A stretch of 64,000 nt of DNA, taken from positions 1-64,000 of the IMG/VR virus record IMGVR_UViG_3300018080_000121, one strand, 5' to 3'. Source of the stretch: a virus. Below the pieces are notes generated by a model. That model did not search any database. It was not told the origin of the DNA and was given only the letters and a program-made list of their open reading frames with translations. Position numbers and translations under genes: made by a program. This document shows positions 54,716 to 64,000 of this stretch, one piece after another (positions within the stretch are counted from its first letter, which is position 1; every line of letters begins with the position of its first letter).

Positions 54716-55811
54716 TGTTGATAAACAATGTTTTCATATAGTCGGACCCGCCGGAGTGGGAAAGACTCAAATTTGTGAACAGATACAAATCGAACTTACC
54801 GAAGAATTGAAACAGCCGGTTGAGATGATTATGGTCAAATCACCGGTCCTGTCCAGAGATGATTTCATTATCCCATTTCCGATTGTGGATAATGGAAATA
54901 CATCATTCCGAATGTTATATTCCGACTTCGTTCCGAAAGATCCAGATAGTATTGGACTATTTGTGATCGACGAATTCTCAAGAGGTGATCACTCACTTCA
55001 ACAATTGCTGTGGCAAGTACAAAATGAGTATAAGGTCCACTTGTATGATTTTCCAAAGAAGTGGTTTGTTATCTCTATTGATAACCCTGATGACTCTGAA
55101 TACCAAATGGATACAATGGAAGACGCTGCTGGGTTGAGGAGGCAGCTACATCTGTATACTGAGGTTAGTGTTCCAGACTTCTTGTCCCATGCGATGAAGA
55201 AGGAGTTCCACCCAACAATTATTCAATTTATCCAAGCTCATCCGGACTTTCTCTATGACTTTAATGCTCAGAAGGTTGGCGCGGTATTTTCTAACCCAGC
55301 AAGTTACGAGAAGTTGTCTGACCAAATGTGGAAGTTTGAGTTGGGTAGAGGAATTAAAGAAAGTTACAATGAGATAGAGCCACTTGCTGCTGGATTGCTT
55401 AATTCCAGTAAAGCAAGAATGTTTATCGAGTTCATCCAAGAAGGAAAGGATGTGAACCCAAGAGATATCTTTTATGATTATAAGAAGAAAGTACGTCCGA
55501 TAATCATAAATCTCAAAAGAGAAAAAGATAATGCCACTCTTGGAAATATTATGACTGGGTTCTTGACCTTTGTGACATCGGAACGTCCGACTCATACAAC
55601 AAAGAAAATTAAGGATAATGTCTCTCAGTTTTTGGTTGATATGCCTATTGATACTTCGGCAATCTTTATGTCATCTCTTGATGGTATGGAGAGGACTTCA
55701 CCAGAGTTTGTATACATGGCGGAATTCCATCGAGCATTGTTGGAACATGGTGATACATACCGTGTACACTTTTATGAAAAGGCGATCCAAGCAGCTGAAA
55801 ATGGGAGGTAG
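54588..55811 (+). CDS. MoxR/dynein-related AAA+ ATPase
   Basis: GPAGVGKT, VIDEFSRG, AAGLRR. Confidence 0.85.
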   Translation: MARNVEQKYFERLDIAVLPISKIKSLIKGDILGTLNAWSSGRNVDKQCFHIVGPAGVGKTQICEQIQIELTEELKQPVEMIMVKSPVLSRDDFIIPFPIVDNGNTSFRMLYSDFVPKDPDSIGLFVIDEFSRGDHSLQQLLWQVQNEYKVHLYDFPKKWFVISIDNPDDSEYQMDTMEDAAGLRRQLHLYTEVSVPDFLSHAMKKEFHPTIIQFIQAHPDFLYDFNAQKVGAVFSNPASYEKLSDQMWKFELGRGIKESYNEIEPLAAGLLNSSKARMFIEFIQEGKDVNPRDIFYDYKKKVRPIIINLKREKDNATLGNIMTGFLTFVTSERPTHTTKKIKDNVSQFLVDMPIDTSAIFMSSLDGMERTSPEFVYMAEFHRALLEHGDTYRVHFYEKAIQAAENGR

Positions 55812-55813
55812 GT

Positions 55814-57100
55814 ATGGAACAAAGCGAGAGATTACGAGAATTAGTAGCTGTGATGACATTTCAAAACAGTTACTGGGGTTATCTCTTTGCTAGGATTCGT
55901 CGAGTTGAAGATTCAAATCTTCCATCAATTATGGGTGTTAGTCCAAATTCGGACGGAACTATTTCATTAAGATTTCATCCGGAGTTAGTAAGAGATACAG
56001 ATGATGAAAATTTGAAATGGATCCTTGAGCATGAAGGAATGCATGTATTGAATAAACATATTCCAAGGCTCTTAACTATCTTAGCCAATGAGGTTGATCA
56101 GAAGCGAGAAATGGCTAAGATGGCAGTTTGGAATATTGCTGCGGATTGTGCAGTTAACGTGGCTATTGCAATACCCAAAATCTTAAAGATTGGTGGGAGA
56201 CCATGGACTGGTCAACATCCAGACTTATATGGACTACCAGACGATAGATCGACTGAGTATTATTTCTCCAAACTAATGAGTGAATACGATTCAATGGAGT
56301 CGGAAGGTGGAGAAGGTTCAGGAGAAGATTTGTTTGGTATGGCTGACGATGTAGATGACCATGGCTCATGGGGTAACGTAACAAAACAAGTAACAGATGT
56401 TGGATCTTTAGCAAGAAAGATTGACGGATATACAAAGAAGATAATCAAAGAATCTTTGAAAGCTGCTGGTAGGAATCGTGGTACAATACCCGGTCATATT
56501 ATGGAGCTTATTGAGTCTGCTCTTGAACCTCCAAAGGTCCCGTATTACCAATTAATCCGGCGACTTATAAGAGGCTCAAAAATGAGCAAATTCAAACGAG
56601 CATTCACAAAGGTGAATCGAAAACGAACTTATGTGTTTACAATCGGAGAACTAAATATCCCTCAAATCTCGCCGTTTCCAGGGAGAACCAGAGACTTTAC
56701 ATTCAATATCTGTGTCCTAATTGATACCTCCGGAAGTATGTCACCGGATGATATTAAAGAAGGTCTCTCAGGAGTTAAGAACATAATCGAGAATGATAGA
56801 CATTGTAAGTTGACCGTTCTTGAGAATGATACACATCTCCAAAAAGAGTACGAATGTAAAAAGATTCGTGATATTGATTTTGAAGTAAAAGGTCGTGGTG
56901 GAACTATACTCGAACCAGGACTGAGAAGAGCGAGAGAATTGAGACCGGATGTAACCTTATGTTTTACAGATGGTTACTGTGATGATATTAACACTTTACC
57001 CAGAAAGATACTTCCTCGAAAGTTAATCTGGGCGATCCAACAAAATGGTACAGCTGAACATGTGAATAAAACTGGATACATAGTGAGGATTGAAAAATGA
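55814..57100 (+). CDS. HExxH metallopeptidase-like + vWA domain protein (DUF2201-type)
   Basis: ILEHEGMH, WNIAADCAVN, MIDAS IDTSGSMS, GRGGT, FTDG. Confidence 0.85.
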   Translation: MEQSERLRELVAVMTFQNSYWGYLFARIRRVEDSNLPSIMGVSPNSDGTISLRFHPELVRDTDDENLKWILEHEGMHVLNKHIPRLLTILANEVDQKREMAKMAVWNIAADCAVNVAIAIPKILKIGGRPWTGQHPDLYGLPDDRSTEYYFSKLMSEYDSMESEGGEGSGEDLFGMADDVDDHGSWGNVTKQVTDVGSLARKIDGYTKKIIKESLKAAGRNRGTIPGHIMELIESALEPPKVPYYQLIRRLIRGSKMSKFKRAFTKVNRKRTYVFTIGELNIPQISPFPGRTRDFTFNICVLIDTSGSMSPDDIKEGLSGVKNIIENDRHCKLTVLENDTHLQKEYECKKIRDIDFEVKGRGGTILEPGLRRARELRPDVTLCFTDGYCDDINTLPRKILPRKLIWAIQQNGTAEHVNKTGYIVRIEK

Positions 57101-57330
57101 TACCAGAATGGGGATGTTTCAAAGGGTTAACGTTTATGTGACTTCCACTTCAATATTGGCTACGTGTTAGCGAATTGGCGTTTATAGTCTGGGCTGTTTT
57201 TATGATCTTTACATTTACAATGATTTACCAACTCATAAAGATGGGCGCAAATGAATTTGGCGTAACGAAGTGGGAATTTATCAAGGACATGTTCAAGGAG
57301 ACGTATGGATGGATATGGAAAAAGAAATAG
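57097..57330 (+). pseudogene. 77-codon membrane-protein ORF interrupted by an in-frame TGA
   Basis: ATGA-coupled start; TGA at 57139-57141; the frame stays open through a TM segment to TAG 57330. Confidence 0.45.
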
Positions 57331-57722
57331 CAAATAAAATCATGCTACTTGGTAAGTGGAGCAATCCGAAACCAGGAACCGGAGCTTCTGTTATGTATCG
57401 TGCAGCTTGTGATTGTACCGATCCTGATTGTGATATCACAATAGATATGGAATATGACCCAGATTTTGGTATGATAGATCTCATGTTTTATAAAGATGTT
57501 CATACGTTTGACGAAGTATGGGACCCAGAAACTGGAGCAGATCATATTCGCAATATCATAGGACGAATCAAGAAAGCACTAAAATTGATCTTTACTGGGC
57601 GATTAAAAATGGAAGAGTCGTTCCATATCCAAGGTGAAGACCAAATTGATGGATGGATAGAAGCTCTACGAAAGGGGAAGGAGTTCATATTAGAGGACTT
57701 AAGAAAGATGCAAGAGGAGTAG
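57309..57722 (+). CDS. Hypothetical protein
   Basis: SD AAGGAG then ATG 57309; CDCTDPDC motif. Confidence 0.65.
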   Translation: MDMEKEIANKIMLLGKWSNPKPGTGASVMYRAACDCTDPDCDITIDMEYDPDFGMIDLMFYKDVHTFDEVWDPETGADHIRNIIGRIKKALKLIFTGRLKMEESFHIQGEDQIDGWIEALRKGKEFILEDLRKMQEE

Positions 57723-57724
57723 AT

Positions 57725-59515
57725 ATGGCACAATATACTGCGAAAGATATAAGAACGCTTAATCCAATGGAGCAGATACGTCTCTCTCCAGGTATGTGGA
57801 TTGGTCCTACAGAAGATCCACACCACCTAATTGAAGAGGCGTTGGATAATGCTCTGGATGAAGCTCAAGGAGGACACGTGTCAATAATCGCTGTGAATAT
57901 TGACACAAAGAATAATGTCTGTGCAGTTATAGATAATGGAAGAGGTATTCCAATATCTGACAATACTCCTGTAAAGATTTCTACTGAGTTATTCTCAGGA
58001 GCAAAATTCCAGGACAAAAAGACTGCATATGAAATAGCGAGTGGTCTTCATGGTGTTGGTCTTGTTGCTGTGAATGCTTTGAGTACAGATTACGAAGTAG
58101 ACATTTACAGGAATGGTAAGCATGGATATTTCCTTTTTAAAGATGGGAAGTTGAAAAAGAAGTACATTAAACCATTCAAAAGTGAAAAACCTTTTTCAAC
58201 GAAGATTCAATTCAAACCAAACCCAAAAACATTTGAAAGTACAATTCCGGATCTAGATCGAATAAGGAGACGGTTGAGTACAGCATCTGCGGAGATGGGG
58301 AAAAAGATTTCTTTTGTATTACAGGTAGATAACAAGAAAGAGGTATTCAAATTATCTCTAACGGATCACTTTGGACAGCATTGTTTAAATAATGGAGAAG
58401 AGAATACGGGTATAGCTGGATTGAAATCGTCCATAACACCTGAAGCATTTAATGTTCTCTTGTCATATTCTTTGAATGGTAGTATGACTCCAAAGGTTTT
58501 GTCATCTGTAAATCTTCTTCCGGTCGACTCAGGTGGGACACACGTCAATTGTTTTTACGATATTTTGAGAGAGTTCTTCTCTGCGAAAGCAAAGAAAGCG
58601 GGATATCGTTTCCTTCCAAATGATTGTCTGATTGGTCTGAGAGCATATTTAATGCTCAGTCTAAGAGAACCAAAGTTCTCAAGTCAGACAAAAGAGAAAC
58701 TTACCAACAGAAAAACTGACATGGAGAAATTGTCAGCTCAACTCAAAACACAAATCGAAACCTACTTTACAAAACACGGGGACAAATTAGAACTGCTACT
58801 CCAGCGTTTCGCAGACTATCGAGCGCGACTGGAAGCGAAGAAGATCAAAACCGCACCCAACGGAAAGAGAGTAGCTACGAAATTCACAAAGCTGAGAGAC
58901 TGTACGTCAAAAATGGGTGAACTGTTTATAGTAGAAGGAGATTCAGCAGGCGGCGGTTTTGTATCTTGTCGTGATCCAAGGAAGCATGCAATCTTACCTT
59001 TGAGAGGAAAAATTCCTTCAGCTGCAAGTGCGAAAGACATCTTAAAGAATAAGGAAATTGGAGAACTGATTCAGTCGTTAGGAACGGGTGTTGGACCTAC
59101 TTTCAATTTGAAGAATTTGAAGTATAATAAGATTATATGTGCTACAGATGCTGACGAGGATGGGTATCATATTCTCTGTCTTGTTACTCTGGTTTTAGCA
59201 GTTCTAGTCCCCGAAGTCATTAAAGCTGGTAAGTATTATTTCGTCCAGACTCCACTGTGGGCTATAAATGAAAGAAAAACATTTACCCCAATCTGGACAG
59301 ATGAAGAACTTACAAAAGCGAGAGAAGCAAATCGACATCTAACTCGACTCAAAGGGTTGGGTGAATTGAATCCTGACCAATTGAAAGTTGTTACGATTGA
59401 CTCAACAAGAAAACTTGTACCGATTCCATACACAAAGAATCTCGGAAAGATCATAAAACTCTTTTCGGACTCAAGTCAAAAACGAAAACTTCTAGAAGGA
59501 AAATGGAAAGTATAG
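57725..59515 (+). CDS. Type IIA topoisomerase, B (ATPase/TOPRIM) subunit
   Basis: EALDNALDE, SGLHGVG, VEGDSAGG, PLRGKI, TDADEDG, RLKGLGE. Confidence 0.93.
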   Translation: MAQYTAKDIRTLNPMEQIRLSPGMWIGPTEDPHHLIEEALDNALDEAQGGHVSIIAVNIDTKNNVCAVIDNGRGIPISDNTPVKISTELFSGAKFQDKKTAYEIASGLHGVGLVAVNALSTDYEVDIYRNGKHGYFLFKDGKLKKKYIKPFKSEKPFSTKIQFKPNPKTFESTIPDLDRIRRRLSTASAEMGKKISFVLQVDNKKEVFKLSLTDHFGQHCLNNGEENTGIAGLKSSITPEAFNVLLSYSLNGSMTPKVLSSVNLLPVDSGGTHVNCFYDILREFFSAKAKKAGYRFLPNDCLIGLRAYLMLSLREPKFSSQTKEKLTNRKTDMEKLSAQLKTQIETYFTKHGDKLELLLQRFADYRARLEAKKIKTAPNGKRVATKFTKLRDCTSKMGELFIVEGDSAGGGFVSCRDPRKHAILPLRGKIPSAASAKDILKNKEIGELIQSLGTGVGPTFNLKNLKYNKIICATDADEDGYHILCLVTLVLAVLVPEVIKAGKYYFVQTPLWAINERKTFTPIWTDEELTKAREANRHLTRLKGLGELNPDQLKVVTIDSTRKLVPIPYTKNLGKIIKLFSDSSQKRKLLEGKWKV

Positions 59516-59524
59516 GAGGTGTAA

Positions 59525-59686
59525 ATGTCCCAGAAGAGAAAAAATAGCACCCCAGCTAGGACCCGGTATAATGCTGAGAAGAGATGGGAAGTCAATAAAC
59601 TGAAAAAACAAGAGAAGCACAAAAAACGTGTGGAGAAGAAGGCTCAAAGGAAAAAGGACCGTGAAAATACTGAATCCATGTCGTAA
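59525..59686 (+). CDS. 53-aa very basic peptide (not in ORF track)
   Basis: SD GGAGG; MSQKRKNSTPARTRYNAEKRWEVNKLKKQEKHKKRVEKKAQRKKDRENTESMS. Confidence 0.55.
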   Translation: MSQKRKNSTPARTRYNAEKRWEVNKLKKQEKHKKRVEKKAQRKKDRENTESMS

Positions 59687-59831
59687 TTGTGTGATCAAAA
59701 TGTGTTGTACATGTCGGTGTCCTGATCGTCGGGATTACTGGGATACGAGAGAAAATTTTTCTTGGTGGATAGCTCACGCTTGTAAGTGGGTTGCAACGAT
59801 TAATATCATTTATATATTCTTTGTAAAATGA
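59661..59831 (+). CDS. PCxxC-family Cys-cluster peptide
   Basis: NPCRNCVIKMCCTCRC; GTG 59661. Confidence 0.55.
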   Translation: MKILNPCRNCVIKMCCTCRCPDRRDYWDTRENFSWWIAHACKWVATINIIYIFFVK

Positions 59832-59842
59832 GAGGGAGATAA

Positions 59843-61171
59843 ATGGATCAGTTAATACCGCAGTGGTATAGAAGATATGGCGAGTATGTGAACTCATTTA
59901 GATCCTTCCCGTTAAAAGACGATGGTTTGAAACCTGTTGAAAGAAGACTTTTAATTACCGCTTATTTAGTTGCTCGTGATAAGCGAGTTAAGTCAGCTAG
60001 TGTGGATGGAACTTGTATTGCGAAATACCATCCACATGGTTCATGTTATGGAACTATTGTACAGTTGGTCAAAAATGGTTTTCTTGAAGGTCAAGGAAAT
60101 TTTGGAAATAGCTTGGGAGTAGATCCATCACCTCCAGCAGCTATGAGATACACAGAGTGTAAGCTACCAAAGTCCACCCTTGATATGGCTTTTAAGTACA
60201 TTAAACATGTTCCATACATCGAAGGTGAACTCAGTAATGAGGAACCTGCATTTCTACCAACAATGTTTCCATTCTGTCTTATGGGAAGGGAGTACACTCA
60301 AGGAATTGGATTTGGTTTTAGAACCTACGTTCCTTGTTACCGTCTTGAAGATCTTCATAAGAGACTTATGTTTCTTTTGAAGGTCAGAAAGACCAAACCA
60401 ACAATTCGACCCATAACCGATTGTCAAATCCTGTCTCCGGATACTGAGTTGGAAACTTTGCTAACGACCGGTAAAGCTACGATAAAGGTTAAAGGAGTTA
60501 TCGTAATAACCAAAACACACTGCAAAGCAAGACTCAAATCTTGGCCACCGGGTAGACGATTCGAGTCCATTCTGGGTAAATTCAAAAAAGAACTTGAGAA
60601 CAACGACATTGGTTTTATCGACCAATCGAATGATGAGGTCGGTACAGCAATAGATTTTACAGTCTTGAAGCAAAGAAATCGAGATAAAATCTTCAGCTCA
60701 TTTGTGAAGAAACTCGAAGCCGCTGTAACCGGAACTATTTCATTTGAAGCTATTACGGTTGATAGGAATAGTCATGTGAATCTAACCTCAGTAGATGAAA
60801 TGCTCCTTGGGACATATGTAAATTTCAAGGAAGTAAATGAAGCCATGCTGAAATATGAAATTCAAAAGAATAACTCCATGATTAAAGAGTTGCAAGATTT
60901 GGAGAAAATTAGAGCTCCATTATCTGCAATTCTAAAACAGACACCTGGTAGACTTACAAAGAAATTACTTGAAAAGTCTATTAAGTTTATCTCTGATAAG
61001 TCTGGAGTTCCCGTAAAGACAGTTAAGGAGTTGATAGCAAAATATCATATTCAAAAACTCTTAACAGTTGATACGGATACAGGTGAATTAAGACAAAAAG
61101 GAAAGGAACTAACGAGTTCCTTAAAGAATATTGACCAGTTTGTACTGAGTCAATATGACGCGGTAAAATAG
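59843..61171 (+). CDS. Type IIA topoisomerase, A (breakage-reunion) subunit lacking the CTD
   Basis: DGLKPVERR, HPHG, PAAMRYTE catalytic Tyr; 442 aa. Confidence 0.93.
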   Translation: MDQLIPQWYRRYGEYVNSFRSFPLKDDGLKPVERRLLITAYLVARDKRVKSASVDGTCIAKYHPHGSCYGTIVQLVKNGFLEGQGNFGNSLGVDPSPPAAMRYTECKLPKSTLDMAFKYIKHVPYIEGELSNEEPAFLPTMFPFCLMGREYTQGIGFGFRTYVPCYRLEDLHKRLMFLLKVRKTKPTIRPITDCQILSPDTELETLLTTGKATIKVKGVIVITKTHCKARLKSWPPGRRFESILGKFKKELENNDIGFIDQSNDEVGTAIDFTVLKQRNRDKIFSSFVKKLEAAVTGTISFEAITVDRNSHVNLTSVDEMLLGTYVNFKEVNEAMLKYEIQKNNSMIKELQDLEKIRAPLSAILKQTPGRLTKKLLEKSIKFISDKSGVPVKTVKELIAKYHIQKLLTVDTDTGELRQKGKELTSSLKNIDQFVLSQYDAVK

Positions 61172-61179
61172 GAGGAGAT

Positions 61180-61773
61180 ATGTATGAGGAACTTCAGAAG
61201 TGGGTAAATGAAAATGTCCCTGATGATAAACTCATTTGGAAACGAGGACTTGGTGACCAGGTGATGTTTGTCAGGGATAAGATCCCAGCAATCTTGGCGA
61301 GATCATCCGAAGAGTATCGGGGAATCAAAGAACGAATTATGGTTGTCAGTACTCACCATTCAAAGTCAGTATGTCTTCCAGTGTATCGTCTTGAATGGTT
61401 CGACTATACATTCACGATGCGATACAATTTCTATAATTGGATAGTATCTGTAAGGACACCGTATGGAAAACCATTCTATAACATTGACTGGCTAGGAATG
61501 ATTACCTCGGAGGATAAGGATATCAATTCCGTATATTGTGAAGGGTTCTCAAAAGATGATGTCTATGGAGCCTACAAAGATGGAGAGAGAAAGTTTACAA
61601 TTTCTCTATACGATAACTATGAACTCTATACATTCTTTAAAGTCATAAAGAATTGGGTAGTAAAGGAGGAAGCTAAACGTGTACAGAATCAGGCGAATTT
61701 ATCATGTGACGATGGGTCACAGACTGAGCAAACATCTGGGTCTGTGCCAGAACTTTCACGGGCACAATGTTGA
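61180..61773 (+). CDS. Hypothetical protein
   Basis: SD GGAGGAG; the 3' end overlaps QueD. Confidence 0.7.
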   Translation: MYEELQKWVNENVPDDKLIWKRGLGDQVMFVRDKIPAILARSSEEYRGIKERIMVVSTHHSKSVCLPVYRLEWFDYTFTMRYNFYNWIVSVRTPYGKPFYNIDWLGMITSEDKDINSVYCEGFSKDDVYGAYKDGERKFTISLYDNYELYTFFKVIKNWVVKEEAKRVQNQANLSCDDGSQTEQTSGSVPELSRAQC

Positions 61774-62110
61774 ATTTGAAATATCATTGTCAGCTCCATC
61801 ATTGAATGATAATGATATGATTATGGACTTTTCAGAATTAAAAGAGATTGGTGAGAACATATTTGAAATGATGGATCACGCCACACTCTTTAATCCCACA
61901 GATGAAAATCTTAAGTTCTTTCAAGAGCATGGATTCAAGACATTGACATTTCCGACGAAAGCGAATGAGGATCCGACTGCTGAGGTAACATGTAAGTGGG
62001 TGTACAGGATTTTTCGCGCGGGTTTGGACGAGCGAGGTCTTGAAGATGTTACTATTGACTTTGTTCGTATGTGGGAAAACAAGAACTCAATGGCGGAGTA
62101 CAGTGAATAA
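61679..62110 (+). CDS. queD: 6-carboxy-5,6,7,8-tetrahydropterin synthase
   Basis: GHRL..CQNFHGH, MDHATL, PTAE, WEN. Confidence 0.88.
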   Translation: MYRIRRIYHVTMGHRLSKHLGLCQNFHGHNVEFEISLSAPSLNDNDMIMDFSELKEIGENIFEMMDHATLFNPTDENLKFFQEHGFKTLTFPTKANEDPTAEVTCKWVYRIFRAGLDERGLEDVTIDFVRMWENKNSMAEYSE

Positions 62111-63516
62111 TGTTAAAGTTTAAGAGAAGATCAGGGATCATCATTCCACGGGAGTACGAGCAGTATGATTTCTACCAGATGATCCTGAAGCATTTAACGA
62201 GACGTCAACAAAACTACAACTCACCAGACTTTGTAGTCAACCAATTCTTTTCACAGTCAGATAAGTTTCTGACCATTCCTAGATTCTTCCCATTACAAAA
62301 TTACATAGAGTGCGGGTATGTCGACGCCCAGCATGAAGGACAAGATATTGATATTGAACACAAGATAACTCCAAGAAATGAAACACAAGAAAAGACAATG
62401 GAGTTTATGTGTAACAATGACAATGGGATTATCCAGCTGGGTCCAGGAATGGGAAAGACAGTAATCAGTATTTATATGATTGCGAAAAAGAAAAAGAAGA
62501 CTTTTATTCTGGTGCATCGAGATTCTCTCGATAAACAATGGCGCAAACGACTCATCGAGCATTCTTCTCTTAAAGAAAAGGATATTGCTTTACTAACAAC
62601 TGCAAAATTGGAAGAGCATTTGCAATATCCAGTCGTAATTGCTACAACACAAACGTTTACGTCAATACTCAAACGACGTAGAATGGACTTCCTTATCGAG
62701 TTAGATAAAGCAAACATCGGGGTATTTATCGGAGATGAGGTTCATACTACGGTAGGTGCTCCCACATTTAGTCAGTGTTCCATACACATGCCATCTAAGG
62801 TGACGTTCGGACTTAGCGCCACTCCCTACAGATGGGATGGGAACACTGACATTATCGAGTACCATCTTGGAGATGTCTTTGGAATTGATGACGATTCTGA
62901 TACTATGTCTGCGGATGTAACTATTCTACTCTCTGACTATGGTATTGATTCTCCAAGGAGGTACAAATACTTACATTGGGAAGGTCAGTTTCAGCGCTCG
63001 CGATACCTTAACATTATGAAAAACTCAACGACCTTTATGACTTTGGTAAAAGCAATGATTAGAAGATTACAAGATCGAAATCTTTTGGTCATTTGTGAGC
63101 GAGTTAAGAAACTGATCGACCCTTTGTATGATTGGTCGAAACATCCAGATAAGAAGAAATTTATAGCTGGTTCGCCATTATCAAATTTGGAAAGTCAGTT
63201 AACATTCTCAACTCCAGGTAAGATACGAGATGGTATTGATGCTCCATGGAAGGATACATTAATTATTACATCACCTGTTAGAAATATTGAACAGTTGAGT
63301 GGTCGAGTGATTCGAACAAAACCTGGAAAGAAACAACCAGTTATAATTGATATGGTTGATTATGGGTGTCCAGATATGTCTCGTCAAACTTATAGTAGAA
63401 TTAAATACTACAAAAAGAAAGGATGGAAGATAAGGTACATATTTGTCAATCCTGTTAACATGCAAAAACATGAGATGGAGGAAGACGAAGCTCTTCGAAT
63501 CATCAAAGGAGAGTAG
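62110..63516 (+). CDS. SF2 helicase (UvsW/XPB-like)
   Basis: GPGMGKT, GDEVH, GLSATP, QLSGRVIR. Confidence 0.88.
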   Translation: MLKFKRRSGIIIPREYEQYDFYQMILKHLTRRQQNYNSPDFVVNQFFSQSDKFLTIPRFFPLQNYIECGYVDAQHEGQDIDIEHKITPRNETQEKTMEFMCNNDNGIIQLGPGMGKTVISIYMIAKKKKKTFILVHRDSLDKQWRKRLIEHSSLKEKDIALLTTAKLEEHLQYPVVIATTQTFTSILKRRRMDFLIELDKANIGVFIGDEVHTTVGAPTFSQCSIHMPSKVTFGLSATPYRWDGNTDIIEYHLGDVFGIDDDSDTMSADVTILLSDYGIDSPRRYKYLHWEGQFQRSRYLNIMKNSTTFMTLVKAMIRRLQDRNLLVICERVKKLIDPLYDWSKHPDKKKFIAGSPLSNLESQLTFSTPGKIRDGIDAPWKDTLIITSPVRNIEQLSGRVIRTKPGKKQPVIIDMVDYGCPDMSRQTYSRIKYYKKKGWKIRYIFVNPVNMQKHEMEEDEALRIIKGE

Positions 63517-63711
63517 ATGCGACGACCCAATCCTTATGGTATTGGTCCAGTTCCAATATTTGATCCATGTGAAAAATGTGTGATTAAAATGTGTTGCTCA
63601 TATCTTTGTGAAGAGAAGATCAAATATGAAGGAGCAAAAGTACCACCAATAAAAACTAGAGTATACACGAAAGGAAAAAGAATAAAATGCGTAAAAAAGC
63701 GGATTTCGTAA
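63517..63711 (+). CDS. PCxxC-family Cys-cluster peptide
   Basis: DPCEKCVIKMCCSYLCEE. Confidence 0.6.
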   Translation: MRRPNPYGIGPVPIFDPCEKCVIKMCCSYLCEEKIKYEGAKVPPIKTRVYTKGKRIKCVKKRIS

Positions 63712-64000
63712 CCAACAGTAGTTCGACGTCATATATCTTGACGGATAAGGAAGGTAGAATTGATCCACAGGGTAAGATGTTGATCGATTTGAAGAAGCAA
63801 GCGGATCTGACTGTGATTACGACAGAGATCTTGGACGAAATTGAGAAAAATGGATTCTATAAAATTGGTCAGTATTCCAGAATTGAACTGGATGAAGGTG
63901 AACTTGAAAACGCCAGATTTGTGTTGTCGCACGGCGAGAAGGTTTACTGGATTGATGTATATGACGATCCAGCATGGTTTATTCCCAGTGGAGTAGTTGC
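63687..64000 (+). CDS. Partial ORF with FVTNSSS N-terminal motif (runs off the window)
   Basis: MRKKADFVTNSSSTSYIL...; frame open to the window end. Confidence 0.65.
   Translation, partial: MRKKADFVTNSSSTSYILTDKEGRIDPQGKMLIDLKKQADLTVITTEILDEIEKNGFYKIGQYSRIELDEGELENARFVLSHGEKVYWIDVYDDPAWFIPSGVV

Noticed and set aside
2545-63932. Many short antisense or alternate-frame ORFs in the track (e.g. 2582-2848, 24548-24952, 30516-30989, 53403-54164, 55146-55595)
   Set aside because: They overlap well-supported genes, lack SDs and show no motifs; treated as shadow ORFs
1-64000. Genome-wide stop-codon reassignment
   Set aside because: Conserved genes end at expected lengths on TAG (rpoB, helicase, neck) and TGA (clamp loader, methyltransferase); only one in-frame UGA was noticed
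1-64000. tRNA genes and CRISPR arrays
   Set aside because: No cloverleaf with a T-loop in intergenic space and no regularly spaced direct repeats seen by eye; tRNAscan and a CRISPR finder would settle this

Overview
This is a 64 kb piece of a large AT-rich tailed phage genome (myovirus/jumbo type), standard genetic code, with no tRNA, rRNA or CRISPR array recognised. Genes run on the minus strand from 1 to 15180 and on the plus strand from 15335 to the end. Left arm: a glycan-modification cluster (sulfotransferase, methyltransferase, GT4, GT2+GT-B, GT9-like), a PAAR spike protein, small basic putative head-internal proteins, a Nudix hydrolase and a possible Rep-like initiator. Middle: T4-like replication and recombination genes (Dda-like helicase, clamp loader, primase, clamp, 5'-3' exonuclease, resolvase, class II RNR, RecA-like, Cas4-like), neck and baseplate genes, an amidase, an EncFtn-like ferritin, KhpA and an outer-membrane beta-barrel. 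Right: a phage multisubunit RNA polymerase (split beta', N-terminally extended beta), a structured non-coding region, an SSB-like protein, an AAA+/vWA pair, a two-subunit type II topoisomerase, QueD and a UvsW-like helicase. The host is inferred to be a diderm anaerobe (beta-barrel, B12-type RNR, EncFtn). The most novel signals are (i) a 53-bp G.U-rich hairpin plus twin stem-loops at 52314-52528, (ii) the same AAACGGGAG...TTTCGTTTG panhandle closing both that region and the beta-barrel gene, (iii) a trigger-loop-split RNAP with two promoter classes and a candidate sigma-like gene, and (iv) a shared Glu-ending leader on many putative virion cargo proteins, including the ferritin. All protein calls come from motif recognition by eye; no database searches were run.
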